From assembly GCF_009914755.1 (NCBI RefSeq), contig NC_060943.1: a DNA stretch of 64,000 bases. One strand, given 5' to 3'. Below the pieces are notes generated by a model. The model made no database searches and was not told the DNA's origin. It was given only the letters and a program-made list of their open reading frames with translations. This DNA comes from the human T2T-CHM13v2.0 reference genome, Homo sapiens. The position numbers and the translations under genes were made by a program. Positions 13,600 through 31,507 of this stretch are shown piece by piece. Numbering within the stretch: position 1 is the first letter of the stretch; the number at the start of each line of letters is the position of its first letter.

Positions 13600-14380
13600 T
13601 TTTGTGATTTTCAGTGTATAAGTCTTGTACAGTATTTACTAATTTATCCTTATGTGTTTTATAAGTTTTTTGTATGCTATCGTAAATGGTATCTTTTACA
13701 TTTTAGTTTTCAGTATTCACCACTGGAAAATACAGTTGATTTTTATATATTCACCTTGTATGCTAGAACTTTGCTAAATTCACTCTTTACTTTTAATAGT
13801 TTCTTTGTGAATTCCTTAGGATATTCTATGTTCACAGTCATGTTTTCTATGAACAAAGAGAGTTTTGCTTCTTCCTTTTTATCCTGTATGCCTTTTATTT
13901 TTATTTCTTACCCTTATATTTGCTACAACCTCCAGTAAAATGTTGAGAAAAAGTAGAGATGTAGACATAGTTTGCCAGTCCCTGATCTTAGGGGAAAAGT
14001 ATTCAACACGGAATTGAGTCAAAGTTTGTGGCATATGCACTTAATCACTCAAAAGACATATCCTCTAATTCCTAGTTTGCTAAAAGATGTAAGATTGTGT
14101 TAATTTCTTTGCCCATTTTGTTAATTTCTTTTAGTTCCCACATCTGAGGGAGAACATGTAGTATTTATCTTTCTGTGCCTGACTTATTTCGCTTAACACA
14201 ATGTTCTCCAGGCTCATCCATTTGCCACAAATGACATGGTTTTATTTTTTTAACGACTGAATAGTATTCCATTGTGTATACATAATGCATTTTCTTTATC
14301 CATTATCTGTTGGTGGACATTTAGATTGATTCCATATCTTAGCTATTGTGATAAGTGCTTCAATAAAGATAGGGGTGCTA
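13600..14380 (-). mobile_element. Old L1 fragments
   Basis: L1 ORF2 antisense motifs (ctttgctaaattcac, ctgatcttaggggaaaag) and an L1MA-like 3' end at 14130-14380. Confidence 0.7.
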
Positions 14381-14842
14381 ACCAAGCACACAGGCTTAAT
14401 TAGCTTGACAATTCTTACACAAAGTGGAGATTTCCGAAAGACACCACATTCATTGAGTAAATTAGGAAAACTAAAACCTGCCTGGCAAGAATGATGAAGA
14501 GGCATATCTGTGGAGGCTTTGGATCTTGGTGGAAAAAATTAAAAGGAAAGAAATCTCTCCCTTGAAATTCTTAACCAAAGTCTCTACCTTCTGGAGTTAG
14601 ACATCATATTATCCAAACAATTCCATATCAATCATTTTGTGTAAAGTAGTACTGAGTTGGTAGTGGCCCCATATATTACATCTACACCCACAAAAGAATT
14701 TTTTAAGGACACATGGGTACCTCTGTCACTTGTCATCTGGTTCTCAGTGTTGACATGGAGCAATTTGTAATCTAAAAAACCTGCAGTCTTATCTAACAAT
14801 ACTCAGGTCCTAGGGAAATATTTCTCCATATCTCTTGCAATG

Positions 14843-14963
14843 AGCCTGGTGTGGTGGTGCACCTGTAGTCCCAGATACAGAGGTGAAAGGATCACTTGAG
14901 CCCAGGAGTTTGAATCCAGCCTGGGCAACATAGAAAGACCCTATCTCTTAAAAAAAAAAAAAA
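14843..14963 (+). mobile_element. Alu monomer (FLAM/AluJ fragment)
   Basis: ggatcacttgagcccaggagtttga...cagcctgggcaacatag plus A tail. Confidence 0.8.
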
Positions 14964-14964
14964 G

Positions 14965-16469
14965 GCAATGAAAGAAATTGAAAAGGAAACAAACAAGTGT
15001 CAAGACATCCCATGCTCATGTATTGGAATAATTAATAATGTTAAAATTAGCATACTACCCAAAGCAATCTATAGAATCAATGCAATCCCTATCAAAATAT
15101 CAATGACATTTTTCACAGAAACAGAAAAAGAATTCTAAAATTCATATAGAACCAAAATATCCCAAATAGCCAAAGCAATGCTGAGCAAAAATGACAAATG
15201 TAGAGGCATCACATTTCCTAACTTCAAAATATACAACAAAGCTATAGAAACCAAAACAGAGTGGCATTGGTATGAAAGGGGAAACATAGACTAATGGAAC
15301 ACAATAGAGAACCCAGACATAAATCCGTATATTTACAACCAACTGATTTTTGACAAAGTGCCAAGAACATACATTGGGGACAATGTCCTCAATAAATGGT
15401 GCTGGGAAAACTGAATATCCGTATGCAGAAGAATGAAACCAGATGCCTATTTCTCACCACACAAAAAATCAACTAAAAATGGATTAAAGGCTGTAAGACC
15501 CAAACTAGAAAACCACTAAAAGAAAACATAGGAGAAATGCTTTAGGACATTAGTTTAGGCAAAGATTTCATGGCTAAGACTTCAAAAGCACAGGCAACAA
15601 ACATATAGACAAGTGGCAATATATTAAACCAAAAAGTTCCTGCCCAGAAAAGTAAACAATCAGCAGAGTGAGGAGACAGCCTGTAGAATAGGAGAAAATC
15701 TTTGCAAACTATTCATCTGACAAGAGACATATCCAGAGTATACAAGGAACACAAACAACTCAACAGCAAAAACTCAAATCATCCAACTAAAAGGTGGTCT
15801 ATAAATTGAATAGATATTTCTGAAAAGAAGATATACAAATGACCAACAGGTATATGAAAAATGCTCAATATCGCTAATCATCAGGGAAATGAAAATCAAA
15901 AGCACAATGAAATGTCATCTCACCCTGGTTAGAATGGCTGAAAGAAAGAAAAAATAAATGCTGGTGATGCTGCAGAGAAAAGAGAAATCTTTTTTTTTGT
16001 TTTTTGAGACGGAGTCTCACTCTATTGCCCAGGGTGGAGTACAATGATGTGAACTCAGCTCACAGCAACCCCTGCCTCCTGGGTTCAAGTGATTATCCTG
16101 CCTCAGCCTCCTGAGTAGCTGGGATTACAGGTGTCTGCCACCACACCCAGCTATTTTTGTGTGTGTGTATTTTAGTAGAGATGGGGTTTCACCATGTTGG
16201 CCAGGCTGGTCTTGAACTCCTGACCTCAAGTGACCTGCCCTAGTCGGCCTCCCAAAGTGCTGGGATTACAGGAGTGAGCCACCATGCCCAGCCAGAGAAA
16301 AGGAAACTCTTATACACTGTTGGTGGAATGTAAATTAGTACAGCCATTTACTAATACAGTATGGAGGTTTCTAAAAAAAAAATAAAAATAGAATTACTAT
16401 ATGATCCAGGTATCCCACCACTAGATATTTGTCTAAAGAAATGGAAATCACTGTATAAAAGGGATACCT
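14965..16469 (+). mobile_element. Old L1 (L1MA/L1PB-type) ORF2 3' region, with AluS at ~15990-16293 (-)
   Basis: ORF2 motifs (aatgcaatccctatcaaaat, aataaatggtgctgggaaaactg); agagaaaag repeated on both sides of the Alu. Confidence 0.8.
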
Positions 16470-18750
16470 GGGAGGGGTTCCAAGATGGCCGAATAGGAAC
16501 AGCTCCAGTCTACAGCTCCCAGGGTGAGCGATGCAGAAGACGGGTGATTTCTGCATTTCCAACTGAGCTTTGAAGAGAGTAGTGGTTCTCCCAGTACGGA
16601 GTTTGAGATGTCAGAATGGACAGACTGCCTCCTCAAATGGGTCCTTGACCCCCGAGTAGCCTAACTGGGAGGCACCTCCCAGTAGGGGCTGACTGATACC
16701 TCATATGGCCCAGTGCCCCTCTGAGATGAAGCTTCCAGGAGGAACGATCAGACAGCAACATTTGCCGTTCTGCAATATTTGCTGTTCTGCAGCCTCCACT
16801 GGTGGACCTGCAGCAAACTCCAACAGACCTGCAGCTGAGGTCCTGACTGTTAGAAGGAAAACTAACAAACAGAAAGGACATCCACACCAAAACCCCATCT
16901 GAACGTCACCATCATCAAAGACCAAAGATAGATAAAACCACAAAGATGGGGAGAAACCAGAGCAGAAAAGCTGAAAATTCTAAAAATCAGAGCGCTTCCT
17001 CTCCTTCAAAGGAATGCAGCTCCTCGCCAGCGATGGAATGAAGCTGGACGGAGAATGACTTTGACTAGTTGAGAGAGGAAGGCTTCAGACAAGCAGTAAT
17101 AACAAACTCCTCCGAGCTAAAGGAGGAAGTTTGAACCCATGGCAAAGAAGCTAAAAACCTTCAAAAAAGATTAGATGAATGGCTAACTAGGATAAACAGC
17201 ATAGAGAAGACCTTAAATGACCTGATGGAGCTGAAAACTATGGCACGAGAACTACGTGATGCATGCACAAGCTTCACTAGCCGATTTGATCAGCTGGAAG
17301 AAAGGGTGTCAGTGATTGAAGATCAAATGAATGAAATGAAGCGAGAAGAGAAGTTTAGAGAAAATAGAGTAAAAAGAAATGAACAAAGCCTCCAAGAAAT
17401 ATAGGACTGTGTGAAAAGACCAAATCTACGTCTGATTGGTGTACCTGAAAGTGATGGGGAGAATGGAATCAAGTGGAAAACACTCTTCAGGATATTATCA
17501 AGGAGAACTTCCCCAACCTAGCAAGGCAGGCCAACATTCAAATTCAGGAAATACAGAGAATGCCACAAAGATACTCCTCAAGAAGAGCAAATCCAAGACA
17601 CATAATCATCAGATTCACCAAAGATGAAATGAAGGAAAAAATGTTAAGGTCAGCCAGAGAGAAAGGTCGGGTTACTCACAAAGGGAAGCCCATCAGACTA
17701 ACAGCAGATCTCTTGGCAGAAACTCTACAAGCCAGAAGAGAGTGGGGACCAATATTTGACATTCTTAAAGAAAAGAATTTTCAACCCAGAATTTCATATC
17801 CAGCCAAACTAAGCTTCATAAGTGAAGGAGAAATAAAATCCTTTACAGACAAGCAAATGCTGAGAGATTTTGTCACCACCAGGCCTGCCCTACAAGAGCT
17901 CCTGAAGGAAGCACTAAACATGGAAAGGAACAACTGATATCAGCCACCGTGAAAACATGCCAAATTGTAAGACCATTGATGCTAGGAAGAAACTGCATCA
18001 ACTAACGAGCAAAATAACCAGCTAACATCATAATGACAGGATAAAATTCACACATAACAATATTAACCTTAAATGTAAATGGCTACAGACACAGATTGGC
18101 AAATTGGATAAAGAGTCAAGACCCATCAGTGTGCTGTATTCAGGAGACCCATCTCAGGTGCAGAGACACACATAGGCTCAAAATAAAGGGATGGAGGAAG
18201 ATCTACCAAGCAAATGGAAAACAAAAAAAAAGCAGGGGCTGCAATTCTAGTCTCTGATAAAACAGACTTTAAACCAACAAAGATCAAAAGAGACAAAGAA
18301 GGCCATTACATAATGGTAAAGGGATCAATTCAACAAGAAGAGCTAACTATCCTAAATATATATATGCACCCAATACAGGAGCACCCAGATTCACAAAGCA
18401 AGTCCTTAGAGACCTACAAAGAGACTTAGACTCCCACACAATAATAATGGGAGACTTTAACACCCCACTGTCAACATTAGACAGATCAATGAGACGGAAA
18501 GTTAAAAGGATGTCCAGGAATTGAATTCAGCTCTGCACCATGCGGACCTAATAGACATCTACAGAACTCTCCACCCCAAATCAATGATATACATTCTTCT
18601 CAGCACCACACCACACCTATTCCAAAATTGACCACACAGTTGGAAGTGAAGCACTCCTCAGCAAATGTAAAAGAACAGAAATTATAACAAACTGTCTCTC
18701 AGAACACAGTGCAATCAAACTAGAACTCAGGATTAAGATACTCACTCAAG
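16470..18750 (+). mobile_element. L1PA5/6-like element, spliced 5'UTR (SpIRE97/622 type), 3'-truncated
   Basis: Starts ggttccaagatggccgaatagg; ctgag|ctttgaag join at 16567/16568; disrupted ORF1 (MGRNQSRKAENSKNQ..) and ORF2 endonuclease region; ends abruptly at 18750. Confidence 0.9.
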
Positions 18751-18902
18751 GAGGAGCCAAGATGCCCGAATAGGAACAGCTCCTGTCTACAGCTCCGGTT
18801 TACAGCTCCCAGCCTGAGCGACGCAGAAGACGGGTGATTTCTGCATTTCCAGCTGAGGTACCGGGTTCATCTCACTAGGGAGTGCCAGACAGTGGGCGCA
18901 GG

Positions 18903-19211
18903 TCAGTGGGTGCGAGCACCGTGCGCGAGCCGAAGCAGGGCGAGGCATTGCCTCACTTGGGAAGCGCAAGGGGTCAGGGAGTTCCCTTTCTGAGTCAAAG
19001 AAAGGGGTGACGGACGGCACCTGGAAAATCGGGTCACTCCTACCCAAATACTGCGCTTTTCCGACGGGCTTAAAAAACGGCGCACCACGAGAATATATCC
19101 CGCACCTGGCTCGGAGGGTCCTACGCCCACGGAGTCTCGCTGATTGCTAGCACAGCAGTCTGAGATCAAACTGCAAGGCGGCAGCGAGGCTGGGGGAGGG
19201 GCGCCCGCCAT
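18903..19211 (-). CDS. L1 antisense ORF0 (open, C-terminally extended)
   Basis: MAGAPPPASLPPCSLISDCCASNQRDSVGVGPSEPG... matches L1 ORF0; ATG at 19211. Expression unknown. Confidence 0.6.
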   Translation of the reverse strand: MAGAPPPASLPPCSLISDCCASNQRDSVGVGPSEPGAGYILVVRRFLSPSEKRSIWVGVTRFSRCRPSPLSLTQKGNSLTPCASQVRQCLALLRLAHGARTH

Positions 19212-19646
19212 TGCCCAGGCTTGATTAGGTAAACAAAGCAGCCAGGAAGCTCGAACTGGGTGGAGCCCACCACAGCTCAAGGAGGCCTGCCTGCCTCAGT
19301 AGGCTCCACCTCTGGGGGCAGGGCACAGACAAACAAAAAGACAGCAGTAACCTCTGCAGACTTAAATGTCCCTGTCTGACAGCTTTGAAGAGAGCAGTGG
19401 TTCTCCCAGCACGCAGCTGGAGATCTGAGAACAGGCAGACTGCCTCCTGACCCCCGAGCAGCCTAACTCGGAGGCACCCCCTAGCAGGGGCACACTGACA
19501 TCTCACACGGCAGGGTATTCCAACAGACCTGCAGCTGAGGGTCCTCTCTGTTAGAAGGAAAACTAACAAACAGAAAGGACATCCACACCAAAAACCCATC
19601 TGTACATCACCATCATCAAAGACCAAAAGTAGATAAAACCACAAAG

Positions 19647-20660
19647 ATGGGGAAAAAACAGAGCAGAAAAACTGGAAACTCTAAAAAGCAGAGCGCCTCT
19701 CCTCCTCCAAAGGAACGCAGTTCCTCACCAGCAACGGAACAAAGCTGGATGGAGAATGACTTTGACGAGCTGAGAGAAGAAGGCATCAGACGATCAAATT
19801 ACCCTGAGCTAGGGGAAGACATTCAAACCAAAGGCAAAGAAGTTGAAAACTTTGAAAAAAATTTAGAAGAATGTATAACTAGAATAACTAATACAGAGAA
19901 GTGCTTAAAGGAGCTGATGGAGCTGAAAACCAAGGCTCGAGAACTACGTGAAGAATGCAGAAGCCTCAGGAGCCGATGCGATCAACTGGAAGAAAGAGTA
20001 TCAGCAATGGAAGATGAAATGAATGAAATGAAGCGAGAAGGGAAGTTTAGAGAAAAAAGAATAAAAAGAAATGAGCAAAGCCTCCAAGAAATATGGGACT
20101 ATGTGAAAAGACCAAATCTACGTCTGATTGGTGTACCTGAAAGTGATGGGGAGAATGGAACCAAGTTGGAAAACACTCTGCAGGATATTATCCAGGAGAA
20201 CTTCCCCAATCTAGCAAGGCAGGCCAACGTTCAGATTCAGGAAATACAGAGAACGCCACAAAGATACTCCTCAAGAAGAGCAACTCCAAGACACATAATT
20301 GTCAGATTCACCAAAGTTGAAATGAAGGAAAAAATGTTAAGGGCAGCCAGAGAGAAAGGTCGGGTTACCCTCAAAGGGAGGCCCATCAGACTAACAGCGG
20401 ATCTCTCAGCAGAAACCCTACAAGCCAGAAGAGAGTGGGGGCCAATATTCAACATTCTTAAAAGAATTTTCAACGCAGAATTTCATATCCAGCCAAACTA
20501 GGCTTCATAAGTGAAGGAGAAATAAAATACTTTACAGACACGCAAATGCTGAGAGATTTTGTCACCACCAGGCCTGCCTTACAAGAGCTCCTGAAGGAAG
20601 CACTAAACATGGAAAGGAACAACCAGTCCCAGCCGCTGCAAAATCATGCCAAAATGTAAA
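19647..20660 (+). pseudogene. L1 ORF1p, frameshifted near 20460
   Basis: MGKKQSRKTGNSK...; the track ORF stops at 284 aa after a small deletion in cttaaagaaaagaa. Confidence 0.95.
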
Positions 20661-20722
20661 GACCATCGAGACTAGGAAGAAATTGCATCAACTAACGAGC
20701 AAAATAACCAGCTAACATCATA

Positions 20723-24547
<3,825 letters not shown>

Positions 24548-24763
24548 ACAATGAGAACACATGGACACAGGAAGGGGAACATCACACTCCGGGGACTGTT
24601 GTGGGGTAGGGGGAGGGGGGAGGGATAGCATTAGGAGATATACCTAATGCTAAATGACGAGTTAATGGGTGCAGTACACCAACATGTCACATGTATACAT
24701 ATGTAACAAACCTGCACATTGTGCACATGTACCCTAAAACGTAAAGTATAATAACAAAAAAAA

Positions 24764-24894
24764 GACAGGTGTAAGAAATTATAAAAGTATTAATTTTGGG
24801 AACTGATAAATGTCCATGAAATCTTCACAATTTATGTTCCTCTGCTGCAGTTCCAGCCAGTCCCTCCATTCGGGGTCCCTGACTTCCCACAACA
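24764..24894 (+). mobile_element. 3' end of a MER11-type (HERV-K11) LTR
   Basis: Ends ...ccctccattcggggtccctgacttcccacaaca, the MER11 3' terminus; the 5' part is missing. Confidence 0.75.
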
Positions 24895-24897
24895 ACA

Positions 24898-25560
24898 CAC
24901 TTCATGGGGGGACATAGGGTGAACTACTACACTTCACCAACCAGCCAGGACACATTCCACACATCAAGCTCTGAGAGGGACGGCAGATGGTCATCCTCCA
25001 GGTCCAGAGCTATGCCCACTGGCAGGACATCACCAGGCACCGCATGGAGGTGATCAGCAACTTTTCCCAGCAGCACTTCCTCGGGGAGGTGGATTACCTT
25101 GTGTGTGCAGATGTGGACATGAAGTTCAACAACCATGTGGGTGTGGAGATCCTCTCTTCCCTGTTTGCCACCATCCATCCTGGCTTCTATGGGTTCCATC
25201 GGGACACCTTTGCCTATGAATGCCAGCCTCAGTCCCAAGCCCATTTTCCTGAGGGTGAAGGGGACTTTTATTATATAGGGGCCTTATTTGGTGGGTCAGT
25301 GCTGGAGGTTTACAGGCTGATCATGGCCTGTCACCAGGTGATGATGATTGACCAAGCCAACCACATCGAGGCCCTGTGGCATGACGAAAGCCTCTTAAAC
25401 AAGTACCTGCTTAACCACAAACCCACTCTCCCTTGAGTACATGTGGGATTAAAAAGTCGATGGAGTATACGTTGGATGAATACCTGGTGGGTTTGTGCAC
25501 CATGATAAACTGCAAGAGATCTGTGGTCTTGGTAAATAACAATGAGGAAATGTGAACTGA
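24898..25560 (+). pseudogene. ABO-like glycosyltransferase family 6 pseudogene (equivalent of the last, catalytic exon)
   Basis: HFMGGHRVNYY / [71 protein letters not shown] is collinear with ABO. Frameshift at ~24931, TGA at 24972, deletion/frameshift at ~25427. Confidence 0.95.
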
Positions 25561-25657
25561 TGAGGGAAGCTTCCAGAAAGAGACCAGAGAGGGGGTGATT
25601 GCCAGTCAGCCCGAATCTTCCTCCTGAAATGCTACCCTGATTTAAAATCAGCTTTAC

Positions 25658-25663
25658 AATAAA
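25658..25663 (+). terminator. Candidate polyadenylation signal of the ABO-like gene
   Basis: AATAAA about 100 bp after the ancestral stop. Confidence 0.4.
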
Positions 25664-25976
25664 GAGTATGACTCCACCTATTTTCGTCTGGTTATAAAAA
25701 ATTGCTAATGCCTCTCATCATCTCCTCAAATTTAGGAGGCCCCAGCACAACCCCGCTACCACAACCACCACCCTATACACACATTTAGGCAGGCCTTATT
25801 CCACAGCTCATGCACACGTTTTTCAGTTTCACCCCCTTGAGCTTCTCACTGTGTTCTCCTAAAACACTCTTCAGGGTGGAGGAGGTGAGTGGTGTCTGCC
25901 TGTCCTGACAGATAAGGGATCTGTGATGAGATCTTTTCCAGAGCAAGGAATCAGGCCCCTTAATAAAGAAGAGTAG

Positions 25977-26350
<374 letters not shown>

Positions 26351-26409
26351 TCAGAGAGGAGCGATGTCCCAGCAGCCTGACCCCTCCCCCTAGTGTGGTG
26401 TCCTAAATT

Positions 26410-26826
26410 GGGTTAGTCCATTTGCATTGCTATAAAGAAATGCCTGAGGCTGGGTACTTTACAAAGAAAAGGTTTACTTGGCTCATGATTCTGCAGGCTG
26501 TGCAAGCATGGCACCAGAATCTGCTCTGCTTCTGGTGAGGTTTCAAGAAGCTTCCAATCATGGTGGAAGGCAGAAGGGGAGCAGGTGTGTCACATGGCAA
26601 GAGAAGGAGTGAGAGAGTGAAGGGGGAGGACCCAGGCTCTTATAAACAACCAGCTCTCTCTCATGTGAACTACGAGTGAGAACTCATTTTTTGTCATGGG
26701 GAGGGCACCAAGCCATTCATAAAAGATTCACCCCCATGACCCAAACCCTCCCACTAGGCCCAGTTCCAACACTGGGGGCCACATTGCAACATGGATTTGG
26801 AGGGAACACACATCCAAACCGTATCA
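26410..26826. mobile_element. MST-type MaLR LTR
   Basis: ttagtccatttgcattgctataaagaaat..ctgaggctgggt...acacatccaaaccgtatca. Confidence 0.85.
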
Positions 26827-26897
26827 TAAAAGCAGTTTTCACAGAAAGCATGTAACTCTGCCTCCTTTTCCTATCTGATTGAGAAAAAAAATTCTGA

Positions 26898-27272
<375 letters not shown>

Positions 27273-28016
27273 TAGGCAGACCTGACTTCTGGACTCAGGC
27301 TCAAGTTCCTGAGTTGCCACCACCTTGAGCTTTTTAATGTGCATTCCCAGCTTCCTTCAGGGTGGATGCAGTGTGTGGTCTCAGCCCAACCTGGGATATA
27401 AGGAATCAGAGATGAGATCTATTCCAGAACAAGGAAGAGCCTCCTGGACACAGTCTCCTGCCTCCTGTGACAGTCACACAAGGGCCTGTCTCTGCCCTTG
27501 GCCAAACTGATGCACAAAGGTCTTCAGCTCTAAATCAAATTACTTCCTCTTGTTAGAGTCCTTGTAAAAGCTGAAAGGCCGTTTAGTGTGCAGAAGAACG
27601 TGATGCCAAATAAAACCCTCTTTCCTGGCACTGAAGTTCTTGTTTATCCCAAAATATTGCCAGCTGTCCACCAGGGGCAAAGCGGGTCTCTCTCACTCTC
27701 CCCCCACCCACTGATGGACTCCATGCCACCTCCATTGATCAATTTAGTAACTTATTAAGGACTTGCCAGCTCTTTAAAAACTGAAAAAAAATATATTTCT
27801 AGATGCAAATAAGAATCAATTCAAATTATTACAAAAACTTGCCTCTTAAAAAATTTGTTCATTGTCCTTCAGCAAAGGCCTGAAATCCTACATGGCAGGT
27901 ATCTGAAATCCAGCATTTTCTTGTCTTGCTTTCTTTTGGACATATCAGGACAAACAGTTTGTCCATCTTTCTGTTAGGTTTTGAAGGGAAGGAAAGAGTT
28001 AAAGAAAGACGGAGAG

Positions 28017-28621
<605 letters not shown>

Positions 28622-28825
28622 TTAATGCGAGGGCGCACTGCTGCTTACAGCTAGTGCAATTAGATGCCTGGGTAGGGGTCTGGGGGGGTATGGCTTACTA
28701 CCCAGGAGGATATTGATAAGATGTTCCCATAATGAGGTGGTTTGGCCCTTTTTCTGGCAGGATGTGATAATGAGGTCCCTTGGACTTTTTTCCCAGCAAG
28801 ATGTGATAAGAAATTCAGGTGGTTA

Positions 28826-29610
28826 GGGCGGGGTGCAGTGGCTCACGCCTGTAATCCCAGCACTTTGAGAGGCCGAGGCGGGCGGATCACGAGGTCAGGA
28901 GATCGAGGCCATCCTGGCTAACCTGGTGAAACCCCGTCTCTACTAAAAATACAAAAATTAGCCAGGCGTGGTGGCGGGCGCCTGTAGTCTCAGCTACTCA
29001 GGAGGCTGAGGCAAGAGAATGGTGTGAACCCGGGAGGCAGAGCTTGCAGTGAGCCGAGATGGCGCCACTGCCCTCCAGCCATTGCTGGAACACGAATTAA
29101 AAGAAATTAAAGAATGTGTAAGCAAAAACTCAGCTATATATAAAAAAACCCAATTCCCCCTGAGGAGGAGAAAGAGCTGGAGTCCTTCAAAATTAGCTGC
29201 CTGTTTTTCCTTCTGTGGCTAGTGAGCCTTAACTCTCCCTTTCCCAGACATTGTGAAGACCCTGTTTAGCTGTGCAGCTGCAAGGTCACTAGACAGATAA
29301 TCTTAAGTCTTAATACATGTCGTTCCTTGAAAAGTAAGAAATAATGTAATGCATGTCTCAATTAAATAACTCTCTTTGTTTCTGGCTTCTGTAATATGCT
29401 TCCCCCTGCACAGATCTGCCCCCACCCCACGAAATGCTTAAAAGGTAGCTTAACTCTTTGTTCAGGGCTCAGTCCTTTGGATGTTAATCCGACTAGGTCA
29501 GTGCACTTAAATAATTAAATAATTCCTCCTCAACCCCTCGGCCTAATTCCTTAATTATCCTGCAGCAGGGTGACAGAGCGAGACTCTGTCTCAAAAAAAA
29601 AAAAAAAAAA
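28826..29610 (+). mobile_element. AluY split by an LTR
   Basis: AluY diagnostics (gagatcgag, atcctggctaac, gaatggtgtgaacc, gcttgcagtg); TSD aagaaa(t/g)tcaggtggtt. Confidence 0.9.
29083..29567 (+). mobile_element. ERVK-class solo LTR (LTR14-like)
   Basis: 485 bp with tgctg...cagca termini, inserted in the AluY right arm; family assignment from memory. Confidence 0.7.
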
Positions 29611-30149
29611 AGAAAGTCAGGTGGTTGGGCAGAATGTTTCTCACAGCCCGAACCCCTGTGGAATGTTTCACTTTGACCAAGGTCTGTGAAATGGTGGGGG
29701 GCTTACAAAATAATGCGGTTTGGACTAATGCTTTCCTTGTTTTTCACGGCCTTGGTAGTCTTCAAGAGGCCTGGCCAGGTGGAATGCCCCCCAGTCTGAG
29801 TTTGTCTGGTGCTTCCTTACCATGAGACTGGGGTCTTGGAGTTTTGAGGTTTTGGAAAGACACCTCAGAAGTTAAGTATCTTTCTTGTCACATTGCATTA
29901 GGGGGGTACATGGTATCAATATCTCTTTTCTCTGGTGATGTAAAACTTGATCATTTGAATAATGTAGTCTTTCATGGTTTTTTTATCCACTGTAAAGTTG
30001 CTATGTGTTCCTCCCTCTACTGTAGTCTTTGGAAAGGAGTCACCAAGTCAGCCCACCCTTAAAGAGGGAGAATATTTAGTCTCCACCTCCCGGAAGAAGG
30101 AGCATCCATATGTATTATTTGCAATTTGTCTGTAAGATAGGTTTGTCTA

Positions 30150-31005
30150 CCCCATTAAAAAGTGGGCAAAGGATATGAACATACACTTCTCAAAAAAAGA
30201 CATACATATGGCCAACAAACATGGGAAAAAGAGCTCAACATTACTATCATTAAAGAATTGCAAATCAAAACCACAATGAGATACCATCTCATGCCAGTCA
30301 GAATGGCGATTATTAAAAAGTCAAGAAACAACAAATGCTGGCGAGGTTGCAGAGAAATAGGAATGCTTTTACTCTGTTGGTGGGAATGTAAATTAGTTCA
30401 ACCATTGTGGAAGACAGTGTGGCAATCCCTGTAAGATTTAGGACCAGAAATACCATTTGACCCAGCAATGCCATTACTGCGTATATACCCAAAGGAATAT
30501 AAATCATTCTACTGTAAAGATACATGTATGCATACATATGTTCTTTGCAGCACTATTTGCAGTAGCAAAGACATAGAATCAATCTAAATGCTCATCAATA
30601 ATAGACTGGATAAAGAAAATGTGGTACATATATACCATGGAATACTATGCAGCCATAGAAAGGAATTAGATCATGTCCTTTGCAGGGACATGGATGAAGC
30701 TGGAAGCCATTATTCTCGGCAAACTAAGGCAGGAACAGAAAACCAAACACTGTATGTTCTCACTTATAAGTAGCAGCTGAACAACGAGAACATATGGACA
30801 GGGGGAGGGGATTAACACACACTGGGCCCTGTCAGGGGAGGGTGTGAGGGGAGAGCATTAGGGAAAAGAGCTAATGCATGCTGGGCTTAATACCTGGATG
30901 ATGGGTTGATAGGTGCAACAAACCACCCTGGCACACGTTTATTTATGTAACAAACCTCCACATCCTGCACATGTACCCCGGAACTTAAAAAATAAATAAA
31001 ATAAT
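30150..31005 (+). mobile_element. L1P (older primate) 3' end
   Basis: [20 protein letters not shown] frame, 3'UTR and A-rich tail. Confidence 0.9.
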
Positions 31006-31036
31006 TATTTTTAAAAAGATATATTTGCCTCTTCTT

Positions 31037-31354
<318 letters not shown>

Positions 31355-31507
31355 TTATTCATTTATTTATTTATATAGTTATGGACTTATGTGTCTTATT
31401 TTAAACTTTGGGTATTAATCCAATAACTTTGGGTTATTTTGGTGTGCATATCTTTCCAGCTTGGGCCATTAGGAGCTCTTCAAAGAAGATTTCTTTCTGT
31501 CAGAGGA

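Noticed and set aside
13456-13938. 160-aa hydrophobic ORF (also 61532-61978)
   Set aside because: Antisense reading of AT-rich old L1/MER58 sequence.
24987-25436. 149-aa ORF as a functional glycosyltransferase
   Set aside because: It has an in-frame stop and a frameshift upstream, lacks the N-terminal and membrane-anchor exons, and has a frameshifted C-terminus.
24764-25700. MER11 + ABO-like fragment as an L1 3' transduction
   Set aside because: There is no poly(A) tail, no TSD and no resumption of the interrupted older L1 after the AATAAA.
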